A DNA stretch of 64,000 nucleotides from an uncultured delta proteobacterium (GTDB lineage Bacteria > Desulfobacterota > Desulfomonilia > Desulfomonilales > Desulfomonilaceae): the NCBI GenBank assembly GCA_963789265.1, contig CAWBKB010000006.1, positions 96,001 through 160,000 of the forward strand. Reading direction: 5' to 3'. The notes below the pieces were generated by a model. It was not told where the DNA came from. It made no database searches and saw only the letters and a program-made list of their open reading frames with translations. Made by a program: the position numbers and the translations under genes. This document shows, in pieces, positions 40,279-50,896 of the stretch; the first letter of the stretch is position 1, and each line of letters opens with the position of its first letter.

Positions 40279-40345
40279 GTGGGGCGGGCTTTCCAGCCTG
40301 CCGCTGACAAGTTAAGAAAAAGGCGGGCTGGAAAGCCCGCCCCAC
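40279..40345. repeat. REP-like inverted doublet (related copies at ~6674 and 59286-59351)
   Basis: GTGGGGCGGGCTTTCCAGCC ... GGCTGGAAAGCCCGCCCCAC. Confidence 0.8.
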
Positions 40346-40421
40346 GGGACTGAATGGTTGAATTTATTTTCTAAGGGTGGTCCGCACACACCATACGGTG
40401 TGCGCGGAACAAGCCGAGCAG

Positions 40422-42332
40422 TTAGAAAGTGATCAACAGAGTGGATTGAACTCCGAAGATCGGATCGATCTTTCGGCCAAGCGCCCACGTCGCATTGGCT
40501 TCGGATAAGGCTGTCTCATGAATCCCCCCAGCGGTAGTAGGGGAAGCGCCCACGTTTGCGGCGGGGCTGCCGGTGAGTCTGTACAGGTGAGCCGTGTTCG
40601 GATACGCATATGACCAAAACGAACCCGGCTGCCATATACAAGCCTTTACGCTCCAGGTAAAATTTTCAAGGAGCTTCCAATCGAAACCTCCATCCACTTC
40701 CCATCCTATGTCTTTTGCATTTTCAGGACATGCATGACCGACTTCCAATCCACTCTTGATTTTGAATATGTCGTCGTTGCTGAAGGTTCTCGCTGACGAA
40801 ACATAATCGCCGCCGAGCCTGTAGGCGTTCGGGTGCTCGCGCCAGGCGTACGAGTAAAGAAACCAGCAGTTGAGGTTCGAGGCCACCGCGTAATCAAAGC
40901 GCGCCCCAACATGTTTGAAGTTGGAAGGCTGCCCCAGGCCTCCTGTATCCCAGCAGCTCCCTGTGCCATACAACTCGTACATGAGGTAGCCCCAGTCCTT
41001 TATATAAATGGACGAAAAGCCTTCATCACCGAAGTACGCTTCTTGCGCGGTCCGAACGCTCGGGTCCTGTCCCGTAGCCCCCACGAAGTTGAAGGTGAAC
41101 TTCGCGGGTCCGCATATTCCGCCGAATTCGGTGCCGAAAATCCAGGAATCCACGTCCTTGTACAGGTTGTGGAGCACTGTCGGTCCTACTACCTCGTGGA
41201 GGCCGCTACCGGAGTGCCACTGATATAGGGCCGTGCCTTCAAGATTCCAAAAGACGCGGCCGTTGAAGTACCTGAAACCCGACGTGATTCGATACCTCAT
41301 GAAGTCGTCATCAGTAGGATATGTCCCGGCCGTCGTGGCGCTAAATGCCCCCGGATAACCGTTGACGAGGCTACGGCTAACCACGGCGGGGACATGATTC
41401 TGAGCGTAAGTATCGGACTGTATCCAAAAATCCAATGGGCCGTTTGCGTAAAAGATTTCACCTTCCGCTGCCCTGAAGAAGTCTCGGCGTATGTTTTGCC
41501 GCTGATATGCGTGCGGCCCTTCATTTCTCGATGAAGTTCCCTTAACTGAAGAGTTGGTCATCCAGCTTGACTGGCTGCGACACAAATACGGGATAAGGCC
41601 GAACCTGAAGGGACCGTAATAGGAGATGATCTCGAAAGACGCGGAAGGATACTGGGCTGAGTTTTTCCACAACCCCATACCAACGCCGCTGGGCCTATAC
41701 CCCATAGCAAAATCAAGCATAGGAGTTTGGACGTACGCTTTGAGCCATTGCACAGTCACGTAGGTTTGCGGAACGTCTGTCGCGGAAAAACACTCGTTTA
41801 TCGGCGCGTATACGGAGTTCACAAACCCCGCGCCCGGAGTTGCCTGTGCGGTCTTGTAGGGTTCCCCGTCGGTCCATATTCCCAAGGAAGTCAATCCGAT
41901 ATTGGCCGAAAGTGTGATGGCCGGGTTGACTTTTATTTCGGGCAGGAGGGTCATCCTGTTGTCCATGTAAGCGACTTCCGGACCCCAGTTGTTTTCGCCT
42001 GCCATAACACCAAAACCCAGGATGTAAGGCCCAGTAGGCGAGGGTGGGGTGCTAATCAGGTTACCAAGCGCATTACCATCTTGAGCTGTCCCGCCGTTCG
42101 CCGGAGCAATCGGGTTGTTGATGCTCGATGTCGGAAAAGTCTTGAGATGGTTCATGCCCAGATCCACGTTGTGTGAGTCCATGTGTCCAAAAATGTCGCG
42201 GTCACCGGTGCGGGTCCAGTAACGGTACCGCATTTCCCATTCACCCTTCATCGTGAGTTCCCAACAATATGCAGGTATCGTCCAGGCTGCTAACAGCAAG
42301 GCGATAACGGCAATCCTCCCGAATAACCTCAT
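40422..42332 (-). CDS. Outer-membrane beta-barrel (porin-like) protein
   Basis: Signal peptide (AYC cleavage), alternating aromatic strands, DIGWEVD, C-terminal Phe. Confidence 0.75.
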   Translation of the reverse strand: MRLFGRIAVIALLLAAWTIPAYCWELTMKGEWEMRYRYWTRTGDRDIFGHMDSHNVDLGMNHLKTFPTSSINNPIAPANGGTAQDGNALGNLISTPPSPTGPYILGFGVMAGENNWGPEVAYMDNRMTLLPEIKVNPAITLSANIGLTSLGIWTDGEPYKTAQATPGAGFVNSVYAPINECFSATDVPQTYVTVQWLKAYVQTPMLDFAMGYRPSGVGMGLWKNSAQYPSASFEIISYYGPFRFGLIPYLCRSQSSWMTNSSVKGTSSRNEGPHAYQRQNIRRDFFRAAEGEIFYANGPLDFWIQSDTYAQNHVPAVVSRSLVNGYPGAFSATTAGTYPTDDDFMRYRITSGFRYFNGRVFWNLEGTALYQWHSGSGLHEVVGPTVLHNLYKDVDSWIFGTEFGGICGPAKFTFNFVGATGQDPSVRTAQEAYFGDEGFSSIYIKDWGYLMYELYGTGSCWDTGGLGQPSNFKHVGARFDYAVASNLNCWFLYSYAWREHPNAYRLGGDYVSSARTFSNDDIFKIKSGLEVGHACPENAKDIGWEVDGGFDWKLLENFTWSVKACIWQPGSFWSYAYPNTAHLYRLTGSPAANVGASPTTAGGIHETALSEANATWALGRKIDPIFGVQSTLLITF

Positions 42333-42756
42333 TTCCTTCCTCCTGAATAGAGAGCGACGAAACTAAAAGCCGCCGCACTCAGTCAATAAAACTTAGCCCG
42401 GGTTGCAGAACCCGGAAAAGTCCGAACGTTCCAAAGATAGTCCGGGACAAAACACATACCTCTTGCAACCTGGGGTCGCGCATGGAAAAACCTCTTGCAG
42501 ACGCGTCATCGCTCGGACACAAGCCCACCGCAACGACTGTCACACCAGGCACGCCGACAGCCCTTGCTTGGCTATGCCCGCACTGACATCTGCGAAGCAG
42601 CCACACGCTCCCTCCCCTTGGCAGCACAGCTACACTTGTCTTTTGATACGTGTTCCAGAATGAACCTAACAGCCGATTGTTAGGAGCATGTTAAATTAAA
42701 ATTAAGATTTGCGCGAGTATATTTTTTTAGTATTAGAAGTGCAAGGCACCGACAAA

Positions 42757-42874
42757 GCCGGCGTCCCTGCCGGCGTTTCGCGAAAACCGGCACGGAGGCC
42801 GGTCCTGGATTCCCGCGTGCGCGGGAATGACGGCTACGGTACCAGAATACGAGACTGTATTTGCGAAATGGAGT
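42757..42874. repeat. Inverted copy of the 34168-34289 repeat
   Basis: Reverse complement aligns almost base for base with 34168-34289. Confidence 0.85.
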
Positions 42875-43157
42875 ACTTAGTGACACCATACCACTCTTTC
42901 TTTCCATGCCCTAATGAGACTTCGATCAATTTGAGAAATGCTCTTGGCGGCAAACAGCAGGCCATACTCTCACCATGCCGATTACTTTTTCGGAAATCTC
43001 GTCCAAATCAGGCCGGCCGGGCCCCCTGAGTGTTACCCGAGCGGCACGATTCCGTGCATCAAAATAGTTTTGTGACGTTTCGTCTTGCCTGTCGATCATA
43101 AGATGACAGGAAGATGCCTGTCCCACTACTTCTGCCCGAAAGATGAATGAGAGCACT

Positions 43158-43411
43158 TATACCGATTAGCTTTCAAACAAGTGACACCGTGTTCCTGGTA
43201 GGGGCGGGTTTCAAACCGGTGCTTACATGTCGTCATGCCTGCGTACGCGGGCATCAATTGTAGGGGCAGACCTATGTGTCTGCCCCGGGCGGACACGCGG
43301 GTCCGCCCCTACATAGCCCGGATCGAAGTCCGGGGTGATCCCGCGGAACGCGGGACTGCCCCACCATATCGTCGCGGGGATTGTCACTTGTTTGATGGCG
43401 CACTGGTATTA
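43158..43411. mobile_element. MITE-like element (TCAAACAAGTGACA TIR core) carrying GTAG-type REP palindromes
   Basis: Perfect 14-bp inverted core at 43173-43186 and 43382-43395, TA at both outer ends; cargo shared with 9567-9695 and 61958-62050. Confidence 0.7.
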
Positions 43412-43557
43412 GTGAACACAGTACTGCCGGACAACGCTTCGTCCTCCGGCGCGCCGGGGTCGCAATAATAATCCGTCTCTAGATGAGAATGATGGTTTAC
43501 GTTACCTCCGCGCTCCACCTTGCAGAAAAGGTTACAACTCTTTAGAATTCGGTGCTT

Positions 43558-43941
43558 ATGGACGTGAGAACCTACATTAGACCCGCGGACTGGGCCCTTT
43601 TCGGTCCTCTGCTGCTCATAGCAGTCCTGTCCTTTTTCCTCATTCCCCATTGGCTGGCAATCCAAGCAACCGAAGTAGAAGTGCTTTCAGACAACAAGCT
43701 CCTGGGCACGTATCCGCTCGATCGGGATAGGCGTATCGAGGCCCCGGGTCCGCTCGGAATCACCGTCGTGGTAATAAAGAAAGGGAGTGTTCACATTCAG
43801 TCTTCGCCGTGCCCCCACAAAGTTTGCATGGCAATGGGAGAGATCGGGAGCAAAGGAGGAATCCTGGTTTGTATCCCCAATAAGATCGTCGTAAAAGTCG
43901 GAAATGGACGACACAACGCTTTGGATGCGGTCAGCCGATGA
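43558..43941 (+). CDS. NusG domain II-containing membrane-anchored protein
   Basis: TM helix; SPCPHKVC...ILVCIPNK motif; C-terminal DAV. Confidence 0.88.
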   Translation: MDVRTYIRPADWALFGPLLLIAVLSFFLIPHWLAIQATEVEVLSDNKLLGTYPLDRDRRIEAPGPLGITVVVIKKGSVHIQSSPCPHKVCMAMGEIGSKGGILVCIPNKIVVKVGNGRHNALDAVSR

Positions 43942-44459
43942 CGGATCGTGTATTGAAATTATCCAGATTGGCGCTGCTTCTTGCTCTTGCTACCGTCATA
44001 CACACGGCGGAGTCTTTTCTTCCCGTAACCGTGGTCTGGTTCAGGTTCGGCTTCGCCAATATAATAGGACTTGCCACGCTTTACCTCTTCGGGTTCAAGG
44101 ATGCGCTATTCATAACGCTGGGGCGGATCTTTCTCGGGTCGCTGGCCACAGGTCTCTTCGGGTCACCGGCATTTCTCCTGTCCCTCGCAGGCGGCCTTTC
44201 CGCGATTCTGACGATGGGTTTGGCTTACAGATTGGGATCGCGCTTCTTCTCTGAGATAGGCATCAGCCTCATAGGAGCGGTGGCGCACAATTCAGCTCAG
44301 CTTGTGGTAGCCTACTTTATATTGGTGAGGAATCGAGGGATCTTTCTGCTCTTTCCCATGATGCTCGTGGCCGCTATAGTCACGGGCTTCCTCAACGGGC
44401 TAGCCGCGCGGTTTTTCATCAGACATTTCAAAAAGATCTCGGCCGTCAGTACCCCATGA
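43938..44459 (+). CDS. Gx transporter family / heptaprenyl diphosphate synthase component I-like membrane protein
   Basis: FGFANI, SLAGG, GAVAHNSAQL; 4-bp overlap with the NusG-II gene. Confidence 0.85.
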   Translation: MTDRVLKLSRLALLLALATVIHTAESFLPVTVVWFRFGFANIIGLATLYLFGFKDALFITLGRIFLGSLATGLFGSPAFLLSLAGGLSAILTMGLAYRLGSRFFSEIGISLIGAVAHNSAQLVVAYFILVRNRGIFLLFPMMLVAAIVTGFLNGLAARFFIRHFKKISAVSTP

Positions 44460-45656
44460 GGCCACAGCAGCGGGTGCAAACGGGCATCAGACCTTTTTCG
44501 GATATGCTCTTGCGGAACTTGCGGTACGGTTCGGAATTCCAAAGCTCGGTGATTGTCTTCTCCTTGACGTTTCCGACAACAAAATCGTGGTAATCCCGGC
44601 ATGGGGACATGTCTCCGTTGGAATTGATCTCCACGGCTGAGAATATTGAAACGCAGCGGTCGAAACCAAAGCGGCAATCGTGATCTGTATAATAAGTTTC
44701 CAGCTCGCCTGCATCGGTAAGGGGCGGCATTATGATCACAGCCGGCCCGGAAAGACTACCGGCGCGGTCACTGATGCGCTTTAACTGATCGGACAGCACC
44801 CCGTAGTCCGGCGGCCTCCAGTTGCCGATCCAGCCGAAATGCTTTTCCGGCCGGAACCCGAATCGTTCCTCGAAATCTTCGGCGTGCCTCTGCGCGGAAG
44901 CCTCATCTATCCACCATGCCAGATAAAAGACGGAGAAGTCGACTTTGTCCCGAAAGACCTCGTAAATATCCACAAGGCGATTGTAGTTGACGTTGTTTAT
45001 CGTGGTAAGCGCGGCAATCAAGGGGAGACGTTGTTTCTTGTCCTTCCTGATTTCGGTTATCGTGTCGATGGCCCTGGTAATGGTCGCGAAGTTGTCCACG
45101 CTCGCGCTCGCGCCCGGACGGCTGGCATTGTGCGTTTGCGCATCCGGGCCGTCCACGGAGATCTGAATCACAAACATCGGTGCCGAGACGAGGCGTTCCG
45201 CGTGTTCCACCAGGCCCGTTCCGTTGGTAGCGATAAAGGGCGGCATCCCCAGGCGGGCGGCTTCCTCGATGATATCCACTGACCCCTTGTAGAGCATCGG
45301 TTCGCCGCCCCAAAGGTAAACAGACGGTGTGTGCCCGTTTTCTTTGAGGTCGCGGAGCAGATCCAGGTAGCGTTGGGGGGTGACTTCCTGGTTCTGAGTT
45401 CCTTCAGGGAGCAGGAGCGCAGGAACCCCTTGTCGCCCCACTGGCCGCAGGTGTGGCATCGAAGGTTACAGACGTCGGTGATGCGAATGCTGCACTGTCG
45501 AATTTTATTGCCTGTGCCTTGTTCCGAACGAGGGGACAGATAGCGAAGGAATTTGTCCACCTGAACCATGGCAATACTCTTCGCGTACCTGGGGCTTTCC
45601 AGGATCTTAGGGGCAGTCTTTAATATTGTGGAAATGGGTACCCAGCTTTGACTCAT
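44446..45656 (-). CDS. Radical SAM protein with SPASM/Twitch domain (frameshift ~45393)
   Basis: CNLRCHTC, WGGEP, ISVDG, C...GDMSPC...CTRCC. Confidence 0.88.
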
Positions 45657-45825
45657 GGCTTACAAGCTCTCCATAAAATGATCGAGCATCATACACAATT
45701 TGGACGGGTTAGGGAACACTGGAGGCATCCAAAGTGCTTAACCTTGTTAGAAGCTTGTGTCCCGAGTGCCAGGGACAAGCTCACAACACACGAAGCTGGC
45801 GGTGTGTCGCTCTCGCGCCGTTCTA

Positions 45826-46062
45826 TAGCGCTTCTCGAAAGTTTCGACGGATTCCCGCTTACGCAATGCCGTGAGAAGTGGTTATGCCCTTTGTTGGTGG
45901 GACAGGCTTCCAGCCTGTCGTTGACGGACGGGCAGGATGCCCGTCGCCACCAAGTCATGTAATCATTCACTTACGTGCGGCACGAGAAAGGCAGACCAAT
46001 TCATTGGGTTCTGAAGCTCCTAAGTCATTTTCTTTTTCCGTGATTACTTTAGAGAATGGCTC
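45826..46062. mobile_element. MITE-like element (AAAGT-type TIR) carrying GTGGGACAGGC palindromes
   Basis: TA|TAGCGCTTCTCGAAAGT ... ACTTTAGAGAATGGCTC|TA; degenerate relative at 56609-56783. Confidence 0.6.
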
Positions 46063-46218
46063 TATACTGCCTCTAGCCGACACGGCACGTATCTGTCGAG
46101 TGCGGTGCCGGCCAGACGATCCCTGTTGGTGTTTTTCGTAAGGCAATTCGCGTGGGCTCCGTGGGCCTTGCCTTGATAAACGGCTGTACCCAGCCGGCTT
46201 CCTTACCAGGATCTCTTG

Positions 46219-46707
46219 TCAGCCCTGCCAGGATTCCTTGTCGGCCCTGGCTTCAGGTATTTGTTGCACTTTTTCAGAGAGCCATCCGATGCGCTCCGCG
46301 CTGCGAATGTCAATCTCCGGGATGTAGGGCTTCACGTCAAGTAGCGGAGTCTCGTCCAGGATGTCCATGTCTTCGACGTACAGAGTCGATCCTTCCACGC
46401 GTACAAGTCTCACAATTGATAGTCCGATGGAGTTGGGGCGTTTAGGCGCACGGGTAGCAAAGACACCCCTGAGTTGGGTATCCAGGAAAGGTTTAACTTC
46501 GAGAGCGTACCCTGTGGACTGATGGAAATGATAAACCAAGATAATGTGTGAAAAGCCGGAGAGATCTTTGAGCCCTGGTGCGAATTCGGAGTCAAATTCC
46601 ACGGTTCCGGCGGTACCGATAGCACCTGAAGGTTGGATGGGCATCCCTTCAAGTTCTTTGAAGGGGGATCGAATTACTCCTATGGGTTTGTAGGTAATTG
46701 CTTCCAT
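46219..46707 (-). CDS. trmO: tRNA m6t6A37 methyltransferase TrmO (TsaA)
   Basis: PIGVIRSPF, GVFATRAPKRPNSIG, TPLLDVKPY. Confidence 0.92.
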   Translation of the reverse strand: MEAITYKPIGVIRSPFKELEGMPIQPSGAIGTAGTVEFDSEFAPGLKDLSGFSHIILVYHFHQSTGYALEVKPFLDTQLRGVFATRAPKRPNSIGLSIVRLVRVEGSTLYVEDMDILDETPLLDVKPYIPEIDIRSAERIGWLSEKVQQIPEARADKESWQG

Positions 46708-46777
46708 TATGATACCGTACATCTCCTTTCCCGTACATCGCTCAGGTACAAGATGCCTTGGCCGGCCGCAGCGCCGA

Positions 46778-49132
46778 CTATATTTCCCCGGCCATCTTCA
46801 TAGCCCTCTCCGCTAAAGCCGTGGATTGAATATTTATTCCTACTCTCAGCGCCATCAGGCCCTGCACGCCCGGAAGATCATCGAGTTCCAATGATTCAAT
46901 TCCGTCTTCCAGGTATCCCTGGCCCTTAAGAAAATCAATGTGATGTACCAATTCCTGATACTCCTTGGGCCTTGAATATACAATGGCGATTTTCCCCGGC
47001 TGGGTCAGTCTTTCATTCCGGTCTTTGACCATGGCTTTGTCGATTCTTGAGCGGATGATCTCATGCCCTATGTCATAAGCTCCATCCACATCGAAGCGTT
47101 TTTCATCAAACCGGAATCTTATGGACACAGGGTTGTGATTGACCAGTATGAGGTGAGTTGCCTGCAAGGGGACCTTCAAGGATTTCTGTACGTTTTCCGC
47201 GTGCCAGGCGATGCCGCAAGCAACCATGAGCTGCCAGAAGCGTAGATTTTTCACGAAAAGAGGATCGAAGTCGCGTCTCTCCACCATGGAGGCTCCGACA
47301 TAGATCACGTAATCCACTCCGTCAGTCTGATGCTTGTTGAAATAGTGTGGAAACATGGCCTGTGCCTCAGCTTCTTCCGCGCCGAGATATGCGGAAATCC
47401 GCTGGTTAAATGCCGAAATACTTCGCTCAAAATCCCGCCGTTCACGATATACCATACCCACTGTGGGATCCATTGCCTTCCCGTAGGCATCGATGCGATC
47501 CGCGACCTCAGGCCCAAATTGCCGCAACATGGGAAATAACGGTTCCAACTCGCTGCGAAGGAATTTCAGGATCGACGTCTGGTCTCCGGTCCCAAGGCCA
47601 TTGCGAATCATCTCCAAGTTTCGCTCGGTTCGATATGATACCTCACTTAGAATGGGAAGAGATCTTGCTTTTAAGGCGGACTGGACAACTTGAAGAGCCA
47701 GGTCGAGGTGTTCGATAAGATCCGACTGAATGGCCAGGCTTCGAGCCTGGGAAGAACCCCGTACGTCCGATGCTCCGTACAAGGGATACACATCTCTGAA
47801 GACTATGGGGTCCAGTTCCGATGACTTCCCGCTAGCCAGCCGCTCCAGATGGCTAAGAGCGGCCTCTCGGAACCGCCACTCTACTGACGGATGCACTGCC
47901 GTGCATTTTTCCTTAATAACGGCCTCGACGTTGTTTTCAAGCTCATCAAGGGATCTTTTCAGGGCCATAGAGAATAAAGGAAGGATTTGGCTCAGAACCA
48001 ACTCGTCCCCAGTCCCGAAATCATCCGGATAGGGAGAACTCAGATCCAAAGACCCGATGAGCTGTTCCTGGAACCTCAGGGGCGCAATCATCATGGATCG
48101 AATGCCAAACTCCAGGAGGTCCTTGTGCACGCTCGAGCATGCCGCCTCCTCGGCCAGATCCCGAACGATCAAGACGCCGTCGCCTTCCGAGGCCCGGTGG
48201 AATACCGATCCCTTAAATTCACTCATGGGCAGGTGCCGCGAATCAGAAAAGATGCAACTGTTGGTCAGTTCGCAGCCGTTGTTGAGCAGTAGCACTTCAT
48301 TGTTCTTGAGGGATGCCAGCCCAACCATCAAATGAGGTCGAAGGAAGAGAGTCCTGAGCCTATCCTGTAATCTCAAGAATCCTCTCTGCGAGGCGATGGA
48401 ACCCTTGTCAATAAGATCTCTTTCCAGCCCGGAGACAACCTCGGACATGGTTACGTCCACAGCCTGGATCACCGTGAATCCGTGAAACTCGAAATTCTCC
48501 GGTGGGAAAAATTGCTGCAACACTTCCGGCTCCTCGAGATGCTGCATGACCGTCGCCAGGTCCCGATCCGTTAGGCTTGGCGGCGAACCAACTGTGCGCA
48601 CCTCGACGAAACGAAGATCGGGCCGAAACCGGAAATGCCTCTCCAAGCCGGTATCCGGATCTTCCACAATCCGAATCAGCGGATAGTCCAAGTCTTTGTC
48701 AACGTTGTAATATCTTCGCAGGATCAAAAGGAAAAACCTGATTTGCCTGGCCCTGACAACCTTATCCCATTCATCCGGGATTCTCCCGCGGAAAGATCCA
48801 TCCTCATTGAGGAGCAGACGCTGAAACATTGGGCTAACGAACGCGGGCCGAAGCGTGAAGGGAGTCAGGGCCCCCATAAGCTCAGTTTCCCAGAACGCGG
48901 CGGGGAAGATCGCGCTCATAACGATCTTGACGAGTTCATGGTGAGTTTCCAGAACGGAGAAATCCTCCAGGGGCTCTAGAAGCTCCGGCGCTTGAGCAAG
49001 ACCTGTTTGGATAACTTCCAGAATCTTTGTCCTGCACGAGTCGGAACAGGTCATTTCCCGAGTCCAGTAGTCAACGAGAGGCTTTAAACTAAACACACAG
49101 CGATAAGCAGTATCTTGGCGGTAATCGTCCAT
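46778..49132 (-). CDS. Large GAF domain-containing protein of unknown output
   Basis: Central GAF (GIRSMMIAPL...LIGSLDL); conserved-looking TAVHPSVEWRF, TDGVD and RFDVDGAY segments. Confidence 0.8.
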   Translation of the reverse strand: MDDYRQDTAYRCVFSLKPLVDYWTREMTCSDSCRTKILEVIQTGLAQAPELLEPLEDFSVLETHHELVKIVMSAIFPAAFWETELMGALTPFTLRPAFVSPMFQRLLLNEDGSFRGRIPDEWDKVVRARQIRFFLLILRRYYNVDKDLDYPLIRIVEDPDTGLERHFRFRPDLRFVEVRTVGSPPSLTDRDLATVMQHLEEPEVLQQFFPPENFEFHGFTVIQAVDVTMSEVVSGLERDLIDKGSIASQRGFLRLQDRLRTLFLRPHLMVGLASLKNNEVLLLNNGCELTNSCIFSDSRHLPMSEFKGSVFHRASEGDGVLIVRDLAEEAACSSVHKDLLEFGIRSMMIAPLRFQEQLIGSLDLSSPYPDDFGTGDELVLSQILPLFSMALKRSLDELENNVEAVIKEKCTAVHPSVEWRFREAALSHLERLASGKSSELDPIVFRDVYPLYGASDVRGSSQARSLAIQSDLIEHLDLALQVVQSALKARSLPILSEVSYRTERNLEMIRNGLGTGDQTSILKFLRSELEPLFPMLRQFGPEVADRIDAYGKAMDPTVGMVYRERRDFERSISAFNQRISAYLGAEEAEAQAMFPHYFNKHQTDGVDYVIYVGASMVERRDFDPLFVKNLRFWQLMVACGIAWHAENVQKSLKVPLQATHLILVNHNPVSIRFRFDEKRFDVDGAYDIGHEIIRSRIDKAMVKDRNERLTQPGKIAIVYSRPKEYQELVHHIDFLKGQGYLEDGIESLELDDLPGVQGLMALRVGINIQSTALAERAMKMAGEI

Positions 49133-49396
49133 TGTTCACCTCCAGCGAAGGAGCTGTACGGCGTTTCGCAATTGATCGGAAATATTTTCGGATCGATAGA
49201 TAAATTATACCAGCGTATGCCTAAACAAGTAATACCAGGCTGTGGTTTTCCGAAAATAGAGATTGACAGACCGAAGGAGATCCAGCCCATAGGCGTTGGG
49301 ATAGAGCTGGTTACCCGGTCGTGGGTACCCCGGATGGCTTCCAGGCCACAAAAGTCTCCTTTTTGTAAATAGGGCTTTAGCGTCTTGTGTTTTCTT

Positions 49397-49462
49397 ATCT
49401 GCGTGAATCTGCGCAATCTGTGGAACAGAAGAAATCCGCAGATGTCACAGATGGTCGCAGAT
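49397..49462. repeat. Inverted pair of ~9-bp-periodic ATCTGyG repeats
   Basis: ATCTGCGTGAATCTGCGCAATCTGTGG ... CCGCAGATGTCACAGATGGTCGCAGAT. Confidence 0.6.
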
Positions 49463-49611
49463 TCAAAGGGCCGGCAAACGCATGCGATTATTTTCAAGGA
49501 GTTAGATAAAAATCCCCCTCGCCCCCCTTTATGAAAGGGGGGAAAGTCGTCAAGTAAACGCTTGTACGAAGGGGGACCCGCTGTGCGTAAGGCTGAGTTA
49601 ATGTCTACGGA

Positions 49612-50784
49612 CTACAGCGTCGAGGCTATGACAATCCGCTGGATCTCGTTTGTCCCCTCGTAGATCTGCGTGATTTTTGCGTCGCGCATAAACCTTTCCA
49701 CCGGGTACTCTGTGATGTAGCCATATCCACCAAGCACTTGAACCGCTTCAACAGTGGTCCACATGGCAACATCCGAACAGAATGCTTTGGACATGGATGA
49801 GTGTCGAATAATCTCCGGCGGCACGCGGGAGAGGTCCTTGGGCACGTGAGCGTCCAATAGAGCGCATGTTTTATGGAGCAGTTGCCGCGCGGCGGTAACT
49901 TTCATGGCCATGTCGGCCAGTTTGAATGAGATGCCCTGATGCGAGATGATAGGTTTGCCGAAAGATTCCCGCTCCTTCGCGTACGCGGTTGCGTATTCAA
50001 ACGCGCCCGCCGCTATCCCGAGAGCCTGAGCTGCGACCGATGGCCGGCTGAAATCGAGGGTCTTCATCATGATGTGAAAACCGTCCCCCTCTTGACCCAG
50101 AAGATTCTCAACAGGGACTTCGACTTCATCGAAAACCAACTCGCTGGTGTCCGAGCAACGAATGCCGAGCTTGCTCTCCTTCTTACCTACGGTGAAGCCG
50201 GGCATTCCCTTCTCGACGATAAATACACTGGCCCCCTTGTAGGGCTTCACATCGGGATCGGTCACCGCATACACACTGAAAGTGTCGGCGACTCCCCCGT
50301 TGGTGATGAATATCTTCGAGCCGTTCAGAATATACTTATCTCCTTTCCGCACGGCCCGCGTCCTGAGTGCGGCAACATCGGAACCGCCTCTAGCTTCTGT
50401 GAGCCCAAACGCCGCAACTTTTTCGCCCGTTGACAGAGGGGTCAGGTACTTCTCTTTTTGCTCGTGATTTCCTGCAAGAATTATCGGGAGGGCGCCGAGT
50501 TCCTGGCATGATGGTATAAGAGCCACGGAAGCGTCAACTTTCGCCAATTCCTCCACGGCGATGCAATGAGCTATCATGCCCGCCGCCATTCCTGCGTATT
50601 CACTGGGGAAATCTATTCCCATGAGGCCGTTTTCCTTCATGAGTTCGAGCATATCCCACGGGTACTCCCCTTTTTTGTCTCTCTCTTCGGCTCCCGGCGC
50701 GACTTTCTCTTTGGCCAGGCGCCGGACCATGTCCTGAAGCATTTTTTCTTCTTCGGTCAGGCCGAATCGTTCTATTTCTTCCAT
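49612..50784 (-). CDS. Acyl-CoA dehydrogenase
   Basis: FGLTEARGGSD, NGSKIFITNG, QVLGGYGY, QIYEGTNEIQR. Confidence 0.95.
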   Translation of the reverse strand: MEEIERFGLTEEEKMLQDMVRRLAKEKVAPGAEERDKKGEYPWDMLELMKENGLMGIDFPSEYAGMAAGMIAHCIAVEELAKVDASVALIPSCQELGALPIILAGNHEQKEKYLTPLSTGEKVAAFGLTEARGGSDVAALRTRAVRKGDKYILNGSKIFITNGGVADTFSVYAVTDPDVKPYKGASVFIVEKGMPGFTVGKKESKLGIRCSDTSELVFDEVEVPVENLLGQEGDGFHIMMKTLDFSRPSVAAQALGIAAGAFEYATAYAKERESFGKPIISHQGISFKLADMAMKVTAARQLLHKTCALLDAHVPKDLSRVPPEIIRHSSMSKAFCSDVAMWTTVEAVQVLGGYGYITEYPVERFMRDAKITQIYEGTNEIQRIVIASTL

Positions 50785-50896
50785 CTCATCCTCCAGTTCA
50801 AAACTCTCATCGCCAAAGTATGCGGATTTCGGTCTCGGACCCCCCCGGCGCTTGGGACAGGCAAGCGCCACGGATGCGCCGGGCAAAAGATCCGAA

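Noticed and set aside
42340..42720. Long leader of the porin gene as a riboswitch or ncRNA
   Set aside because: No recognisable family motif.
49612..50784. Specific call as cyclohexanecarboxyl-CoA or butyryl-CoA dehydrogenase
   Set aside because: Substrate specificity cannot be assigned from motifs alone.
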